A stretch of DNA of 64,000 nt from an uncultured Flavobacteriaceae bacterium (lineage in GTDB: Bacteria > Bacteroidota > Bacteroidia > Flavobacteriales > Flavobacteriaceae). Within the stretch, counting starts at the first letter, position 1, and every line of letters starts with the position of its first letter. Of the stretch, positions 40,019 through 53,700 are shown piece by piece. The stretch is from the NCBI GenBank assembly GCA_963832255.1, contig CAWHTM010000008.1, positions 9,300-73,299 of the forward strand, read 5' to 3'. The translations under genes were made by a program, and so were the position numbers. The notes below the pieces were generated by a model. It was given only the letters and a program-made list of their open reading frames with translations, did not search any database and was not told the origin of the DNA.

Positions 40019-40616
40019 TTACGAGTTCTTATGGACATCTAGTGTGAATAACATCTCTTTTAAGCTTTCTACAGGCTCATCTGAGTTCCAAATACCTCCT
40101 AGGAAACCTACTCCTTTAAAACCTAATTTTAATGCGCCTGGTGTTGTTTCTGGGTTGATTCCGCCCATTCTTATAATAGTTTGGCAGTATTATTTACGTC
40201 AAATTCCTTGCCTTGCATTCCTTCTTGAGAAATGGCGGTACATACGGGACTGAGTAGGTACTAATCAAAAATTGCTTGCTGAGTTTTTAGTCCTCCAGCT
40301 CGTGATATGAAGATGGGATGGTTCTTCCTGCTTTCGCGAAAATGTGAACGTAATCACATTATTCATTTTCAAGTCCTCTCCACCTTGCTTCCTCTAAATA
40401 ATTCCTTTTACATCATACTCGTCAGATAATTCTTTATGAACATTAGGGTCACGATAGTTCTATGAACGTGCTCCTCTATCCTCTCGATATATTTTACGTA
40501 ATCATTAAAACTATATTCCAGTTTTCTTAGGTGATACTATTCTAAGACAGCTTAAAAAACTCACCTATAATATCTAGTTCCTCTTTAATAAACTCAGGCG
40601 TGAGGATGACAAACAG
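40019..40616 (-). pseudogene. Decayed thiamine-phosphate synthase (ThiE/TenI-like)
   Basis: Fragments in different frames: YHLRK, SSYHE, LLSPV, MGGINPETTPGALKLGFKGVGFLGGIWNS; multiple stops and indels. Confidence 0.75.
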
Positions 40617-40913
40617 CTAAGCAGATGTTATTACCTGCACGATATCACTCTTCCGCAGAACTCCAGACTGACGCCAGACTTGCTTTCCCTGCTTAAAGAG
40701 TATCATTGTAGGAACACCTCTTACTTGATATTGCGCTGCAAGGGGCTGATTCTTGTCTACATCTATTTTTACAATCTTTATAGCCTCGCCTAGTTCCTCC
40801 TTAACGTCCGAGAGAATAGGAGCAAGTGCTTTGCAGGGACCGCACCAAGTGGCATAAAAATCTACAAGTACTGGGGTTTCTGAATGTATGATTTTTGAAA
40901 ATGAAGATTTCAT
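40617..40913 (-). CDS. trxA: Thioredoxin
   Basis: DFYATWCGPCK and VPT motifs. Confidence 0.93.
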   Translation of the reverse strand: MKSSFSKIIHSETPVLVDFYATWCGPCKALAPILSDVKEELGEAIKIVKIDVDKNQPLAAQYQVRGVPTMILFKQGKQVWRQSGVLRKSDIVQVITSA

Positions 40914-41092
40914 CGTTTTAAGTTTTTAGGTCTCACTCCATAAAGATATTTATTAAACGATAAATAATTGTACGTAAGGTACGGTATATTCTTCACAGCT
41001 ATTTTTAAGAATATTGCGTTAACTTTAAGCATACTTAGTGTGAATGAATAGTTTACCCATCATTTACTATCTTTAAACTCAACCTTTTTCAA

Positions 41093-41632
41093 ATGGCTTA
41101 CTTGCTCGACATCCTTATTTCTATAGATCAGCTAGGTAATGTTATAGCGGGTGGAAATCCAGATAATACCATAAGCGCTAGGGTAGGTTTTTATGTACAT
41201 CACTTTCCAGAATCAAAAAAAGTTGCTGGATATTGGAAAACGTTGGAGTGGATTATTGATACTACCTTCTGGCCTGTAGATGGAAAAAATCACTGCCACG
41301 AGGCTTATCACAATGACGCAGGAGAATTTTATGACACGGGAACTAAGGATTGGGCGATCTTACTTCTCTTACTCCTTATAGTCCCCACCTGCTTACTATT
41401 TTCTATAATCCTCTATTCGTTGTATGTCCTGGGCATAGTCTCTCCTAAACAAATTGATCGAGCTGAAAACATAGACACCCGTCTAACTGGAATACACGCT
41501 AGTATTTATGGTACTTTAAAAGAAATTAAAGAGCATCCAGTGTACGCTACAGAAAATATGATTGAGAAAGCTAAGATAAACGTAGAATTGGCCAAGGAAT
41601 TAAAGACTTATATAGAAAACAAAAAGAAATAA
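41093..41632 (+). CDS. Hypothetical membrane protein
   Basis: SIDQLGNV..G.PD.TIS N-terminal motif; one long hydrophobic segment. Confidence 0.65.
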   Translation: MAYLLDILISIDQLGNVIAGGNPDNTISARVGFYVHHFPESKKVAGYWKTLEWIIDTTFWPVDGKNHCHEAYHNDAGEFYDTGTKDWAILLLLLLIVPTCLLFSIILYSLYVLGIVSPKQIDRAENIDTRLTGIHASIYGTLKEIKEHPVYATENMIEKAKINVELAKELKTYIENKKK

Positions 41633-41710
41633 CGTATTTCTCAAAAGTATATCCCTAAACATAAATCTCAAAACCTGTAGATGGCGCGAGTCTTCAAAAA
41701 TGTAATAATT

Positions 41711-41757
41711 ACGCTTTCGCGAAAACGTTAAAGGTTTTAAAATTTTCGCGAAAGCGT
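41711..41757. repeat. Inverted pair of the dispersed TTTCGCGAAA motif between convergent genes
   Basis: ACGCTTTCGCGAAAA ... TTTTCGCGAAAGCGT. Confidence 0.8.
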
Positions 41758-41767
41758 ACTTGTCAAA

Positions 41768-43717
41768 TTAATTGGTTTTGATAACTATAAATTCAGAACG
41801 TCGGTTGAGCTGATGTTCTTCTTCAGTACACTTTACACCATTAGAACATTTATTTACGAGTTGTGTCTCTCCGTAACCTTTTCCGCTGATTCTTGATTTA
41901 CTGATACCTTGCTCGACTATGTAGGCAACAGTAGATTTTGCACGCTTATCTGAAAGACTTAGATTATAGCTGTCCTTACCTCTACTGTCCGTATGTGATC
42001 GCGTATCGATTATCATATCCGGGTATTGTTTCATTACAGAAATAACTTTTTCTAGCTCGAGAGCTGCATCAGGACGGATATTGTATCTGTCAAAATCAAA
42101 GTAAATAGGATTGAGGTCTAAGAGTATTGTTAAGTCATCTCCCACTTCAATAGGTCTATTTTCCAATGTGAGATTGAGATCATTTATAAGGGTGGTAGAT
42201 TCTGCTGCTGTGCGTACCCCTTTTTCATCGGTAGAATAATCTTCTTTACTTCCTCTTACAAAATATTGTTTTTCACAATCAGAATTAAAACTATAGGTAC
42301 CCGTAGTATCTGTTACTAGCTGTTCTATGATTGTATTAGTATCATCTAGTAGAAAAACACTAGCCTCTGCAATAGGGTCTCCAGAACTGTCATCTAGAAC
42401 ACGACCTTTCAGTACGATATCGCAAGGAATTTCTTCCCTCATAAATCTGTAAATGTCATCACTCCCTAACCCTCTCTTTCTGTTTGAGGCAAAATATCCA
42501 ACATTAGTATCATCATTAACCGTAAACGTAAAATCATCATAAGAGCTATTGATAGGCTCTCCTAAGTTCTCAACACGTTCAGAATCATTAGGATCCTGTT
42601 TGGGTGTCGTCACGTACATATCGAGACCGCCTAATCCCGGATGACCGTCTGATGCAAAAAATAAATTTCCATTCTTGCTCATAAAAGGAAATGTCTCCCG
42701 ACCTTCTGTATTGACAGGCCTTCCTAAATTATAAGGCGTTCCTACAACTCCTGTACTGTCTATAGAGACATACCATATATCTGAAAGCCCTACAGTACCT
42801 GGCATATCTGACGCAAAAAATAATTTTGTATCATCGGCATTTAGGGTAGGGTGTGCCGTAGAGTATTCGTCACTATTAAAAGGCATTTCTACAGCCTCCG
42901 TCCAGTTCCCATTAACTTTCTGAGATTTGTAAATCTTGAGTTTATTGGTCCCAGACTTAGATTTTCTATAGTTTCCTTGGGTGTAATTATTTCTGGTAAA
43001 ATAGACGGTGTTTCCATCTTTAGAAAAGGTGGTAGTACTTTCGTGAAATTTTGAATTGAGCTTACGATCAAATTCCTGAGGTTGTGAAAAACTCCCAGAC
43101 TCATTTCCTATTTTGGAGCTATACAGATCTAAAAACGGTTGATTGTTCCACTTGTGAATTTTTTTGGTTGCCCCTCCAGTATCTCTCGAAGAAGCAAAGA
43201 TCAATGTTCCCTCATATTCCGTGGGTGCAAAATCAGAATAGCGCGAGTTAATACTTCTAATATCTTCTAAAACATAGCTGCTTTTCTTATACTCGATAAC
43301 CCTTAAATAATTAGGCGACTCTTCAAAAAGTTCTGCTCTAAGATCTCCACCATTAAGTTCATTGAACGTAGACATCATATCATCTGCCTTGTCATAATTC
43401 TTTAGCGCTCTTAATGTTTGGGAGAATCTAAAATAGTATTCTGGTCTTATTTCATCACCATAATTTACTACCAGTTTATCATACCATTGCTCTGCTTCAC
43501 CGTACATAGCGTTAAAGTAGTAGCTATCTGCGATTTTCTGAAAAAGATCTGCAGATCTGTATCCTTTTTCTGCAACATCTAGATAAATTTTTCTAGCGTC
43601 GACAAAAGCATACTGATTAAATTTTTTATCAGCTCTGTCAAGTTTGCCTTCTTGCGCTATAAGAGTTAAGGATGTCATCAAGAAAAATGACAACCCAAGA
43701 ATTAATTTTTTAATCAT
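41768..43717 (-). CDS. PorE-like OmpA family protein (TPR, PD40 propeller, carboxypeptidase-regulatory and OmpA domains)
   Basis: FASDMPG and FASDGHPGLGGLD PD40 motifs; IYFDFD, SHTDSRG, LS..RA and NRRSEF OmpA motifs. Confidence 0.9.
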   Translation of the reverse strand: MIKKLILGLSFFLMTSLTLIAQEGKLDRADKKFNQYAFVDARKIYLDVAEKGYRSADLFQKIADSYYFNAMYGEAEQWYDKLVVNYGDEIRPEYYFRFSQTLRALKNYDKADDMMSTFNELNGGDLRAELFEESPNYLRVIEYKKSSYVLEDIRSINSRYSDFAPTEYEGTLIFASSRDTGGATKKIHKWNNQPFLDLYSSKIGNESGSFSQPQEFDRKLNSKFHESTTTFSKDGNTVYFTRNNYTQGNYRKSKSGTNKLKIYKSQKVNGNWTEAVEMPFNSDEYSTAHPTLNADDTKLFFASDMPGTVGLSDIWYVSIDSTGVVGTPYNLGRPVNTEGRETFPFMSKNGNLFFASDGHPGLGGLDMYVTTPKQDPNDSERVENLGEPINSSYDDFTFTVNDDTNVGYFASNRKRGLGSDDIYRFMREEIPCDIVLKGRVLDDSSGDPIAEASVFLLDDTNTIIEQLVTDTTGTYSFNSDCEKQYFVRGSKEDYSTDEKGVRTAAESTTLINDLNLTLENRPIEVGDDLTILLDLNPIYFDFDRYNIRPDAALELEKVISVMKQYPDMIIDTRSHTDSRGKDSYNLSLSDKRAKSTVAYIVEQGISKSRISGKGYGETQLVNKCSNGVKCTEEEHQLNRRSEFIVIKTN

Positions 43718-43765
43718 TTTATATTTTTTTTGAGGATGAGCTTTTGACAACGTTACCCCTTAATT

Positions 43766-44713
43766 TTAAAAGAATCTTGGTGTTAGCATTCTATCATACT
43801 CATTAAACAATTCAAATCTAAGAAATACTTCAAAACTTCCGTCATTATACAACTGATCTCCTAAGTCTGTACTCTCACGATCATATGCCAGTCCAATGAG
43901 CATACTGTCTGACACCTGGAAACCTACTAAACCACTAAGAGCTGCGCTCCATCTGTAAGCTGCACCTAGGTGTAACTTTTCCATAACAAGGAAGTTTGCC
44001 GTAATGTCAACCTGGAGTGGCGCACCACTTACCGCTTTTACAAGGGTACTAGGCTTAAACTTAAGACTTTCAGATATATCAAATGTATAACCCATAATTC
44101 CGTAATAGTGAATACGCTCTTCTGCAACAAAACTTGCAGCGTTATCGTTATTGCTTTCGCCAAAATGTTCTGTTTCTATTAAATTAGGTGCGCTCAAACC
44201 TACATAGAATTTATTCGTATGGTAGTAAAGTCCAGCCCCTATCACTGGAGAAAACTTATTATCAATATTCTCAGAAAATCTCGGGTCAGTGGGATCAAAT
44301 AAATTCAATTTTGTAAAATCCACATCTAAAATATGTCCTCCACCTTTTAACCCAAAACTTAACTTCCCTTCGTCAGAAGTATTTATAGTATAACTAAAAT
44401 CCACTCCTATATACGTTTCTTCTGCCGGTCCAAGAGCATCGTTTACCAGCGACAAACCTAAGCCTACTTTTCCTTCTCCTATAGGAGAATGTATACTTAG
44501 ACTCTGAGTTCTAGGTGCACCTTCGAGACCTACCCACTGGCTTCTATGCAACCCTACGATACTCGTGACCCCCCTATTACCTGCATAGGCCGGGTTTATG
44601 GCAACAGTATTATACATATACTGAGTATACTGCGGATCTTGTTGAGCAAGAATATCATAAGTTGTACTTAAGGTGAGTACAACGATTAAAACAATATTTA
44701 AAAATCTTTTCAT
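43766..44713 (-). CDS. T9SS PorP/SprF family membrane protein
   Basis: QQDPQYTQYMYN...NPAYAG...RSQWVG.EGAP; ends TPRFF. Confidence 0.92.
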   Translation of the reverse strand: MKRFLNIVLIVVLTLSTTYDILAQQDPQYTQYMYNTVAINPAYAGNRGVTSIVGLHRSQWVGLEGAPRTQSLSIHSPIGEGKVGLGLSLVNDALGPAEETYIGVDFSYTINTSDEGKLSFGLKGGGHILDVDFTKLNLFDPTDPRFSENIDNKFSPVIGAGLYYHTNKFYVGLSAPNLIETEHFGESNNDNAASFVAEERIHYYGIMGYTFDISESLKFKPSTLVKAVSGAPLQVDITANFLVMEKLHLGAAYRWSAALSGLVGFQVSDSMLIGLAYDRESTDLGDQLYNDGSFEVFLRFELFNEYDRMLTPRFF

Positions 44714-44771
44714 ATTTAGATGTTTGTAGAATTTCACAGATACGCTCTCACCTACCTGTGATTTTTCTTTT

Positions 44772-47700
44772 TTATCTGTGAATATATAAGTAACCACTAT
44801 CGTTGAATTGAGTTCCCTCTGCATTTCTGTATTCAAGAACCCAGTAATAAGTTCCTACGGGTAAGAAGTCATCTTGGCTTATAGTAGACCTTCCTTCAGA
44901 AAGTCCCTTAAAGGTTTTTCCATTTATACCATAACCCTCTGCACTGTAAACTTCTACACCCCATCGGTTAAATATCCTCAACGTGTTATCAGGGAAGTTT
45001 TCAATCCCATCGATTCTGAATCGATCATTTATTGAATCTTCACCTATTGATATACCATTACTTATGACCAATTCATTGTCAAAAACAATCAACTCAGTAA
45101 CCGTTGGATCTTGAACATCTCCATCAACAGTTATATCTGTAGGATCTGTAGGATCATCAGAAATATCAATTACTTCGTCGCCACTGCTATTTGTTCCTGT
45201 AGCCAATGCGCTATTTGTAACGCTTCCGTTATCAATGTCAGCTTGAGTAATCGTATAGAAGGCTGTAAATTCTGCACTTTCTCCAGGTAAGAGCGTTATA
45301 GCGTCCCCTATAACATCTACTAGTGGATCTGTAACTATCACGTTAAAAATTGTAACGTTTCCTGTATTTGTAACTGTAAATGTATATCGAATACGATCTC
45401 CAGCATCTGTTACTCCATTCACATTAAAGTCTACATATTCACCTATCTTGATTAAATCAAGTCTCTCTACTTGAGTAATTATAGTTACCGTTGGATCTTC
45501 AAAATCTCCATCCCCGTCAGTATCAGTGTTTGTAGGATCATTTGGATCATCAGACACGTCTATCACATCATTTCCTGAAGGATCTTGACCGGTCGCCGTA
45601 GCTATATTGACCACTCCACCAGCATCCACGTCTTCTTGAGTTATACTGTATACTCCACTAAAGGTAGTTGAATCAGTTGCGCCAACAGCTAAGTCTATAG
45701 GACCACCATTTACAACCAGCAAGGGATCTGTAATGGTAATATTCGTTATTGCTACATTACCATTATTTGTGACTGTAAATACATAAGTTATAGTATCACC
45801 AGCACCTATTACCCCATCTCCGTTAGTATCAATAAGAGGCGATGCCACTTTGACTAAATCAAGATTCGGGCTGCTAGGTAACGCATATCCATTATTTTCT
45901 TCGAAGACAATTCCTCCTTCAGGAACAGTAACCGTTGTAGGATCAGTTCCCTCTGTTTGGATTGCACCCACAGGTAGGGTTGTCTCATCAATATCAACCG
46001 TTGCGTTCTGATTACCAGCTACCGTAGCCGAATAATCTCCATTTGCATCTGTCACTACCGTTTGAACTGTACCATCTGTATCGGTAATCACTACGGATAC
46101 ACCAGCAAGGTCAGGCTCACCAACATCCTGTGTTCCGTTGCCATTTAAGTCGTTATAAACGTGACCCTCAATCGTTCCAGCTTGATTAGGCTCTTGATAT
46201 CCATTATTCTCCTCAAAGACTGTGTTACCTACAACTACGTTCACCACAGTTGGGTCCGTACCCTCAGTTTGTACAGCCCCAACAGGTAGCGTAGTTTCAT
46301 CGATATCAACAATCGCATCACCAGCCACAATGGAAACACTATAATCTCCGTTAACGTTTGTCGTTACCGTCTGGACATTACCATTTGCATCTGTTATTAG
46401 TACCTCCACTCCAGCAAGGTCAGGCTCACCAGCATCTTGAGTTCCGTTTCCGTTCAGATCATTGTATATGTGACCTTCAATCGTTCCATTGCTCGGCGTG
46501 TTATATCCGTTGTTCTCTTCAATAACATTGTTTCCAGCTATCGCTGTCACCGTTGTGGGATCAGTTCCCTCTGTTTGGTTTGCTCCTATAGGAAGTGTTG
46601 CATCATCAACGTCAATACTAGTATCACCAGCGGGAACAGAAACGATATAGTTACCATTCATATCTGTAATCACTGTTTGAATAGTTCCGTTAACATCAGT
46701 AACAATTACTGATATACCCTGCAATCCAGGCTCACCAGCATCTTGTATTCCGTTACCATTAATATCATCGTACACGACACCCGTAATAGTACCGTTGCTC
46801 GGTGTATTAAATCCATTATTTTCCTCAAATGTTGTCTCCGAAACTAGTACCGTTACCGTAGTGGGATCTGTCCCTTCTGTCTGAACAGCTCCGATAGGAA
46901 GTGTAGCTTCGTCAATATCGACCACGGTATCTCCAGCTACAACAGTAGCCATGTAGTTACCATCCACATCTGTAACGACAGTCTGAATAGTTCCGCTAGC
47001 ATCTGTAATAACAACTGTCACCCCTTCTATTCCAGGCTCTCCCGCATCTTGTATTCCGTTACCATTCACATCATCATACACAACTCCAGCGATGGCTCCA
47101 TCAGTAGGGACATTATATCCATTGTTCTCCTCAAAGTTTATCCCACCTGCGATAACGGTTATCGTAGTAGGGTCTGTCCCTTCGGTTTGAACGCTTCCAG
47201 ATGGCAATGTTGTTTCATCGATATCTACTATGGTAGTTCCTGAAGGAACCTGAGCATTATAATCGCCATTTGAGTCAGTCACAACAGTTTGAGTATCACC
47301 ATTACTATCTGTGATCATTACCAACACTCCTGCAAGATCATTCTCACCAGCATCTTGAATACCATTACCATTTATATCCTCGTAAATATGACCTGTAATT
47401 TCAGCATCCATAGCTGGATCATCGTTATCGATAATAGTTCCAGTAGCCGTCTCTCCACCAATGGTTATGGTAAAGGTCTCATCCTGTTCATCGATCGCAT
47501 CCTCCAGTCCAGGGAAGGTAACCTCAAAATCAGTTACTCCAGCCGGTACCGTGATGGTCATCGTTACAGGATCATACGTCACTCCATTGGTGAACAATGG
47601 GGTACCATCGTAATCAGTACCTAGGGTAGCGGTTACATCGGTGATGTCAAATGCATAGGTCTCGTCCATCGCACTCTCACCGCTCATCGTTACTCCAAAA

Positions 47701-50700
47701 GTAAGAGCATCTCCCTCCTGCTCCGTAGCATCTGTGATATCGGCCACGACAACTTCATCATTGTCTGTGATCGTACCCGTGGCGGTCTGTGTGCCGATGG
47801 TGATCGTATAATCCTCATCTTGTTCATCCAACAGATCGTCCGTCGTCGGGGTGGTCACCGTAAAGCTCGTCACTCCAGCGGGTACAGTTACCGTCATCGT
47901 TACAGGGTCGTACGTCACACCATTACTAAAGGTCGGTGGGAAGGTATAATCCGTAGCCTGATCTGTCGTGTTATCTGTGATACTGAATGGGAAGGTCTCG
48001 TCCATTGCACTCGCAACATTCAATGTCACCGTGTGCACTAGGTCCGTACCCTCAAGTTCTGTTTCATCTGTGATATTCAGAATAATGACCCCCTCGTCAT
48101 CAATAATGGTTCCCGTGGCGGTCACACCATCGATGGTCACCGTAAAGGTCTCATTATCCTCGGCCAATAGATCATCAATACCAGGGAAGGTGACCGTAAA
48201 GTCTTCCACTCCCGCAGGTATCGTAATGGTCATCGTCACAGGATCGTACGTCACACCATCACTGAAGATAGGCGTACCGTCATAATCATCACCCTGTGTA
48301 GCGGTGATGTCCGTGATGTCAAAAGGATATACTTGGTCCATATCGCTCACACCGCTCATATCCACTGTGAAGACAAGATCGTCTCCTTCGTTTGCAGTGA
48401 CATCAGCAATAGCTACAACGGTTACTTCATCGTTATCGATAATAGTTCCAGTAGCCGTCTCTCCACCAATGGTTATGGTAAAGGTCTCATCCTGTTCATC
48501 GATCGCATCCTCCAGTCCAGGGAAGGTAACCTCAAAATCAGTTACTCCAGCCGGTACCGTGATGGTCATCGTTACAGGATCATACGTCACTCCATTGGTA
48601 AACACTGGGGTACCATCGTAATCAGTACCTAGGGTAGCGGTTACATCGGTGATGTCAAATGCATAGGTCTCGTCCATCGCACTCTCACCGCTCATCGTTA
48701 CGGCAAAGATCAGATCGTCGCCCTCCTGCTCCGTGGCATCTGTGATATCGGCCACGACAACTTCGTCGTTATCCGTGATCGTACCCGTGGCAGTCTGCGT
48801 GCCAATGGAGATCGTGTAACTCTCATCTTCTTCATCCAACAGATCATCCGTCGTAGGGGTGGTCACCGTAAAGCTCGTCACTCCGGCAGGTACCGTTACC
48901 GTCATCATTACTTGGTCATAGGCCACACCATCACTGAAGGTCGGTGGAAAGGTATAATCCGCAGCCTGATCTGTCGTGTTATCTGTGATACTGAATGGGA
49001 AGGTCTCGTCCATTGCACTCGCAACATTCAATGTCACCGTGTGCACTAGGTCCGTACCCTCAAGCTCTGTCTCATCTGTGATGTTCAGAATAATGACCCC
49101 CTCGTCATCAATAATGGTTCCCGTGGCAGTTACACCATCGATGGTCACCGTAAAGGTCTCATTATCCTCGGCCAATAGATCATCAACACCAGGGAAAGTG
49201 ACCGTAAAGTCTTCCACTCCCGCAGGTATCGTAATTGTCATCGTTACAGGGTCGTACGTCACGCCATCACTGAAGATAGGCGTACCGTCATAATCATCAC
49301 CCTGTGTAGCGGTGATGTCCGTGATGTCAAAAGGATATACTTGGTCCATATCGCTCACACCGCTCATATCCACTGTGAAGACAAGATCGTCTCCTTCGTT
49401 TGCAGTGACATCGGCAATAGCTACAACGGTTACTTCATCGTTATCGATAATAGTTCCAGTAGCCGTCTCTCCACCAATGGTTATGGTAAAGGTCTCATCC
49501 TGTTCATCGATCGCATCCTCCAGTCCGGGGAAGGTAACCTCAAAATCAGTTACTCCAGCCGGTACCGTGATGGTCATCGCTACAGGATCATACGTCACTC
49601 CATTGGTGAACAATGGGGTACCATCGTAATCAGTACCTAAAGTAGCCGTCAAGTCGGTAATGTCAAATGCATAGGTCTCGTCCATCGCACTCTCACCGCT
49701 CATCGTTACGGCAAAGATCAGATCATCGCCCTCCTGCTCCGTGGCATCCGTGATATCGGCCACGACAACTTCGTCGTTATCCGTGATCGTACCCGTGGCA
49801 GTCTGCGTGCCAATGGAGATCGTGTAACTCTCATCTTCTTCATCCAACAGATCATCCGTCGTAGGGGTGGTCACCGTAAAGCTCGTCACTCCGGCAGGTA
49901 CCGTTACCGTCATCATTACTTGGTCATAGGCCACACCATCACTGAAGGTCGGTGGGAAGGTATAATCCGCAGCCTGATCTGTCGTGTTATCTGTGATACT
50001 GAATGGGAAGGTCTCGTCCATTGCACTCGCAACATTCAATGTCACCGTGTGCACTAGGTCCGTACCCTCAAGTTCTGTTTCATCTGTGATATTCAGAATA
50101 ATGACCCCCTCGTCATCAATAATGGTTCCCGTGGCGGTCACACCATCGATGGTCACCGTAAAGGTCTCATTATCCTCGGCCAATAGATCATCAACACCAG
50201 GGAAGGTGACCGTAAAGTCTTCCACTCCCGCAGGTATCGTAATTGTCATCGTTACAGGGTCGTACGTCACGCCATCACTGAAGATAGGCGTACCGTCATA
50301 ATCATCACCCTGTGTAGCGGTGATGTCCGTGATGTCAAAAGGATATACTTGGTCCATATCGCTCACACCGCTCATATCCACTGTGAAGACAAGATCGTCT
50401 CCTTCGTTTGCAGTGACATCGGCAATAGCTACAACGGTTACTTCATCGTTATCGATAATAGTTCCAGTAGCCGTCTCTCCACCAATGGTTATGGTAAAGG
50501 TCTCATCCTGTTCATCGATCGCATCCTCCAGTCCAGGGAAGGTAACCTCAAAATCGGTCACCCCGGCTGGTACCGTGATGGTCATCGCTACAGGATCATA
50601 CGTCACTCCATTGGTAAACACTGGGGTACCATCGTAATCAGTACCTAGGGTAGCGGTTACATCGGTGATGTCAAATGCATAGGTCTCGTCCATCGCACTC

Positions 50701-53700
50701 TCTCCGCTCATCGTTACGGCAAAGATCAGATCATCGCCCTCCTGCTCCGTGGCATCCGTGATATCGGCCACGACAACTTCGTCGTTATCCGTGATCGTAC
50801 CCGTGGCAGTCTGCGTGCCGATGGAGATCGTGTAATCTCTCATCTTCTTCATCCAACAGATCGTCCGTCGTCGGGGTGGTCACCGTAAAGCTCGTCACTC
50901 CGGCAGGTACCGTTACCGTCATCGTTACTTCGTCATAGGTCACACCATCACTAAAGGTCGGTGGGAAGGTGTAATCCGCAGCCTGATCTGTCGTGTTATC
51001 TGTGATACTGAATGGATATTCTTTCGCGAAAGCGGCCTCGCCACTCAACACTACAGTATGAACGAGATCAGTTCCTTCAAGCTCCGTCGCATCGGTTATA
51101 TCTGCAATAACAATATCATCGTCATTTACTATAGTTCCTGTTGCTGAAACGCCACCTATAGATATAGTATATGTCTCATCACTCTCCTCTATGGCATCCT
51201 CAACTCCTGGGAACGTAACCTCAAAAGAAGTTATCCCGGATGGAATTGTTATGGTTCCATCCCCATTATTTATAACTCCATTTGAAAAGATTGGAGTAGC
51301 ATTATAATCGTCTCCAGCTGTTGCTGTGATATCTGTAACATCAAAATTAAAGATCTGAGCTTCAATACTTGCCTCACTCAACGTAACCAAATGAGTTAAG
51401 TCATCACCTTCATTTTCTGTAGCATCCGTAATTGAATCTATTGCTACATCATCATCTAATATTGTTCCTGTAGCATCAATACCACCTATGGATACTGTAA
51501 AAGTTTCAGTTGGCTCATCTTCAGTGTCTTCTATTCCTAGGAATGTCACTTCAAAGTCAGTAACTCCAGCTGGAATTGTTATTGTTCCTGAAACCTGATC
51601 AAAACTTACACCATTTGAAAACACAGGTGTTCCATCATAATCTGCACCTGCTGTAGTTGATATATCGGTTACATCAAATGGATACATTTCATCCATAGCG
51701 CTCTCACCACTCATCGTAACCACAAAAGTTAGATCATCACCCTCTTGCTCCGTAGCATCCGAAATGGTTGCAACTGTAACTTCGTCATTATCGAATATTG
51801 TTCCTGTTGCTGAAATTCCTCCTACCGAAATGTCGTAAATTTCATTTTCTTCATCTAAAGAGTCATCTACTGTGGACGTAATTACTGTAAAACTAGTTAC
51901 CCCAGCTGGTACGGTGATCATCATTGTGACTGGATCATAGGTCACCCCATCAGTAAAACTAGGAGGGAATGTGTAGTCTGTTGCCTGATCTGTTGTAACA
52001 TCTGTAATTGAGAATATAAACATTTCATCAGTTGCACTCGCAGCGCTAAGAATAACCAAATGTTCCAGCGTCATTCCTTCAGGAGAAATAGCATCTTCAA
52101 CCGCAATGACTACGGTGCCTTCATTATCTATAATAGTACCGGTAGCTATTTCTGCTCCTACGGTAATATCGTAAACTTCATTTCCTTCTGAAATTGCGTC
52201 ATCGATCGTTTCCGTTGTAATCGTAAATATTTCTATACCTGCAGGTACCGTAATGGTCATCGTGACAGGATCATACGTAACACCGCCACTAAATGTGGGT
52301 GGGAAGTTATAATCTGCAGCCCCTTCTGTGGTATCATCAATTATACTGAAAGGATATATTTCATCCGTTGCACTCGCACCACTCATTGTGACGGTATGTA
52401 CAAGATCTAATCCCTCTTCCTCGGCGGCATTTGTAATATTTTGAACCGTTACTTCATCATTATCTATAATAGTTCCAGTTGCTGAAATTCCGTCAATTGA
52501 AACTTCGTAGGTTTCATCATTCTCATCTATAAGGTCATCTATACCCGAGAAGGTTACCTCAAAAACACTTACACCAGCAGGAATTGTAATCATTCCTGAA
52601 ATCTGGTCAAAAGTAACTCCATTGGTGAAGGTAGGATTCCCATCGTAATCAAATCCTGAGGATGCAGTAACATCGGTTACGTTGAATGAATACATTTCAT
52701 CCGAATCACTAGGACCGCTCATCGTTACCGTGTGTACCAGATCGGTCCCCTCCAGCTCAGAGGCATCCGTGATCGTTGCGACCGTCACTATATCATCATT
52801 GGTGATCGTTCCGGTGGCCACCGTGCCGTCCAGGTTGATCGTAAAGGTCTCATCATCCTCCTGGATCGCATCCTCGATCCCCGGGAAGGTCACCGTGAAG
52901 TCCTCCACACCGGCAGGTATCGTGATGGTCATCGTTACCGGATCGTACGTCACGCCATTGGTGAAGACCGGCGTACCGTCATAATCATCGCCCTGTGTGG
53001 CAGTGATGTCCGTGATATCAAAAGCGTACACCTGGTCCATATCACTGGTGCCGCTCATATCTACCGTAAAGACGAGATCATCGCCCTCGGCAGCGGTCAC
53101 ATCGCCGATCGAAACAACCGTTACGTCATCGTCGTTCGTGATGGTCCCCGTGGCTGATTCAGTTCCTATAGTTAAGGTAAAGGTCTCATCATCCTCCTGG
53201 ATCGCATCTTCCGTACTCGGGAAGGTAACGTCAAAAGCCGTTACGCCCGCAGGTACCGTGATGTTGCCACTTACGGGATCATAGGTCACCCCGTTCGTAA
53301 AGACCGGTGTGCCATCGTAATCCGTACCCAAGGTAGCAGTGATGTCCGTAAGGTCCAATGGATATTCTTCATCCATTGCGCTCTCACCGCTCATCGTTAC
53401 ATTGAACACCAGGTCGTCCCCTTCCTCAGAAGTGGCATCCGTGATGTCCTGTACCGTTACTTCATCATTATCCTCTATCGTTCCAGTGGCGGTCTCCGTG
53501 CCGATACTGATCGTGTACTCTTCGTTATCTTCATCCAACAGATCATCTGTCGTCGGGGTGGTCACCGTAAAGCCCGTTACCCCGGCAGGTACCGTGATCG
53601 TACCATCGCCATTGTCCATCACCCCATTACTGAAGGTCGGCGGGAAGGTATAATCGGTAGCCTGGTCCGTCGTGTTATCCGTGAGGGTGAACGGATAGGT

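Noticed and set aside
44714-44836. ORF-track N-terminal extension of PorP
   Set aside because: Overlaps the adhesin C-terminus; the signal peptide begins at MKRFLN (44713).
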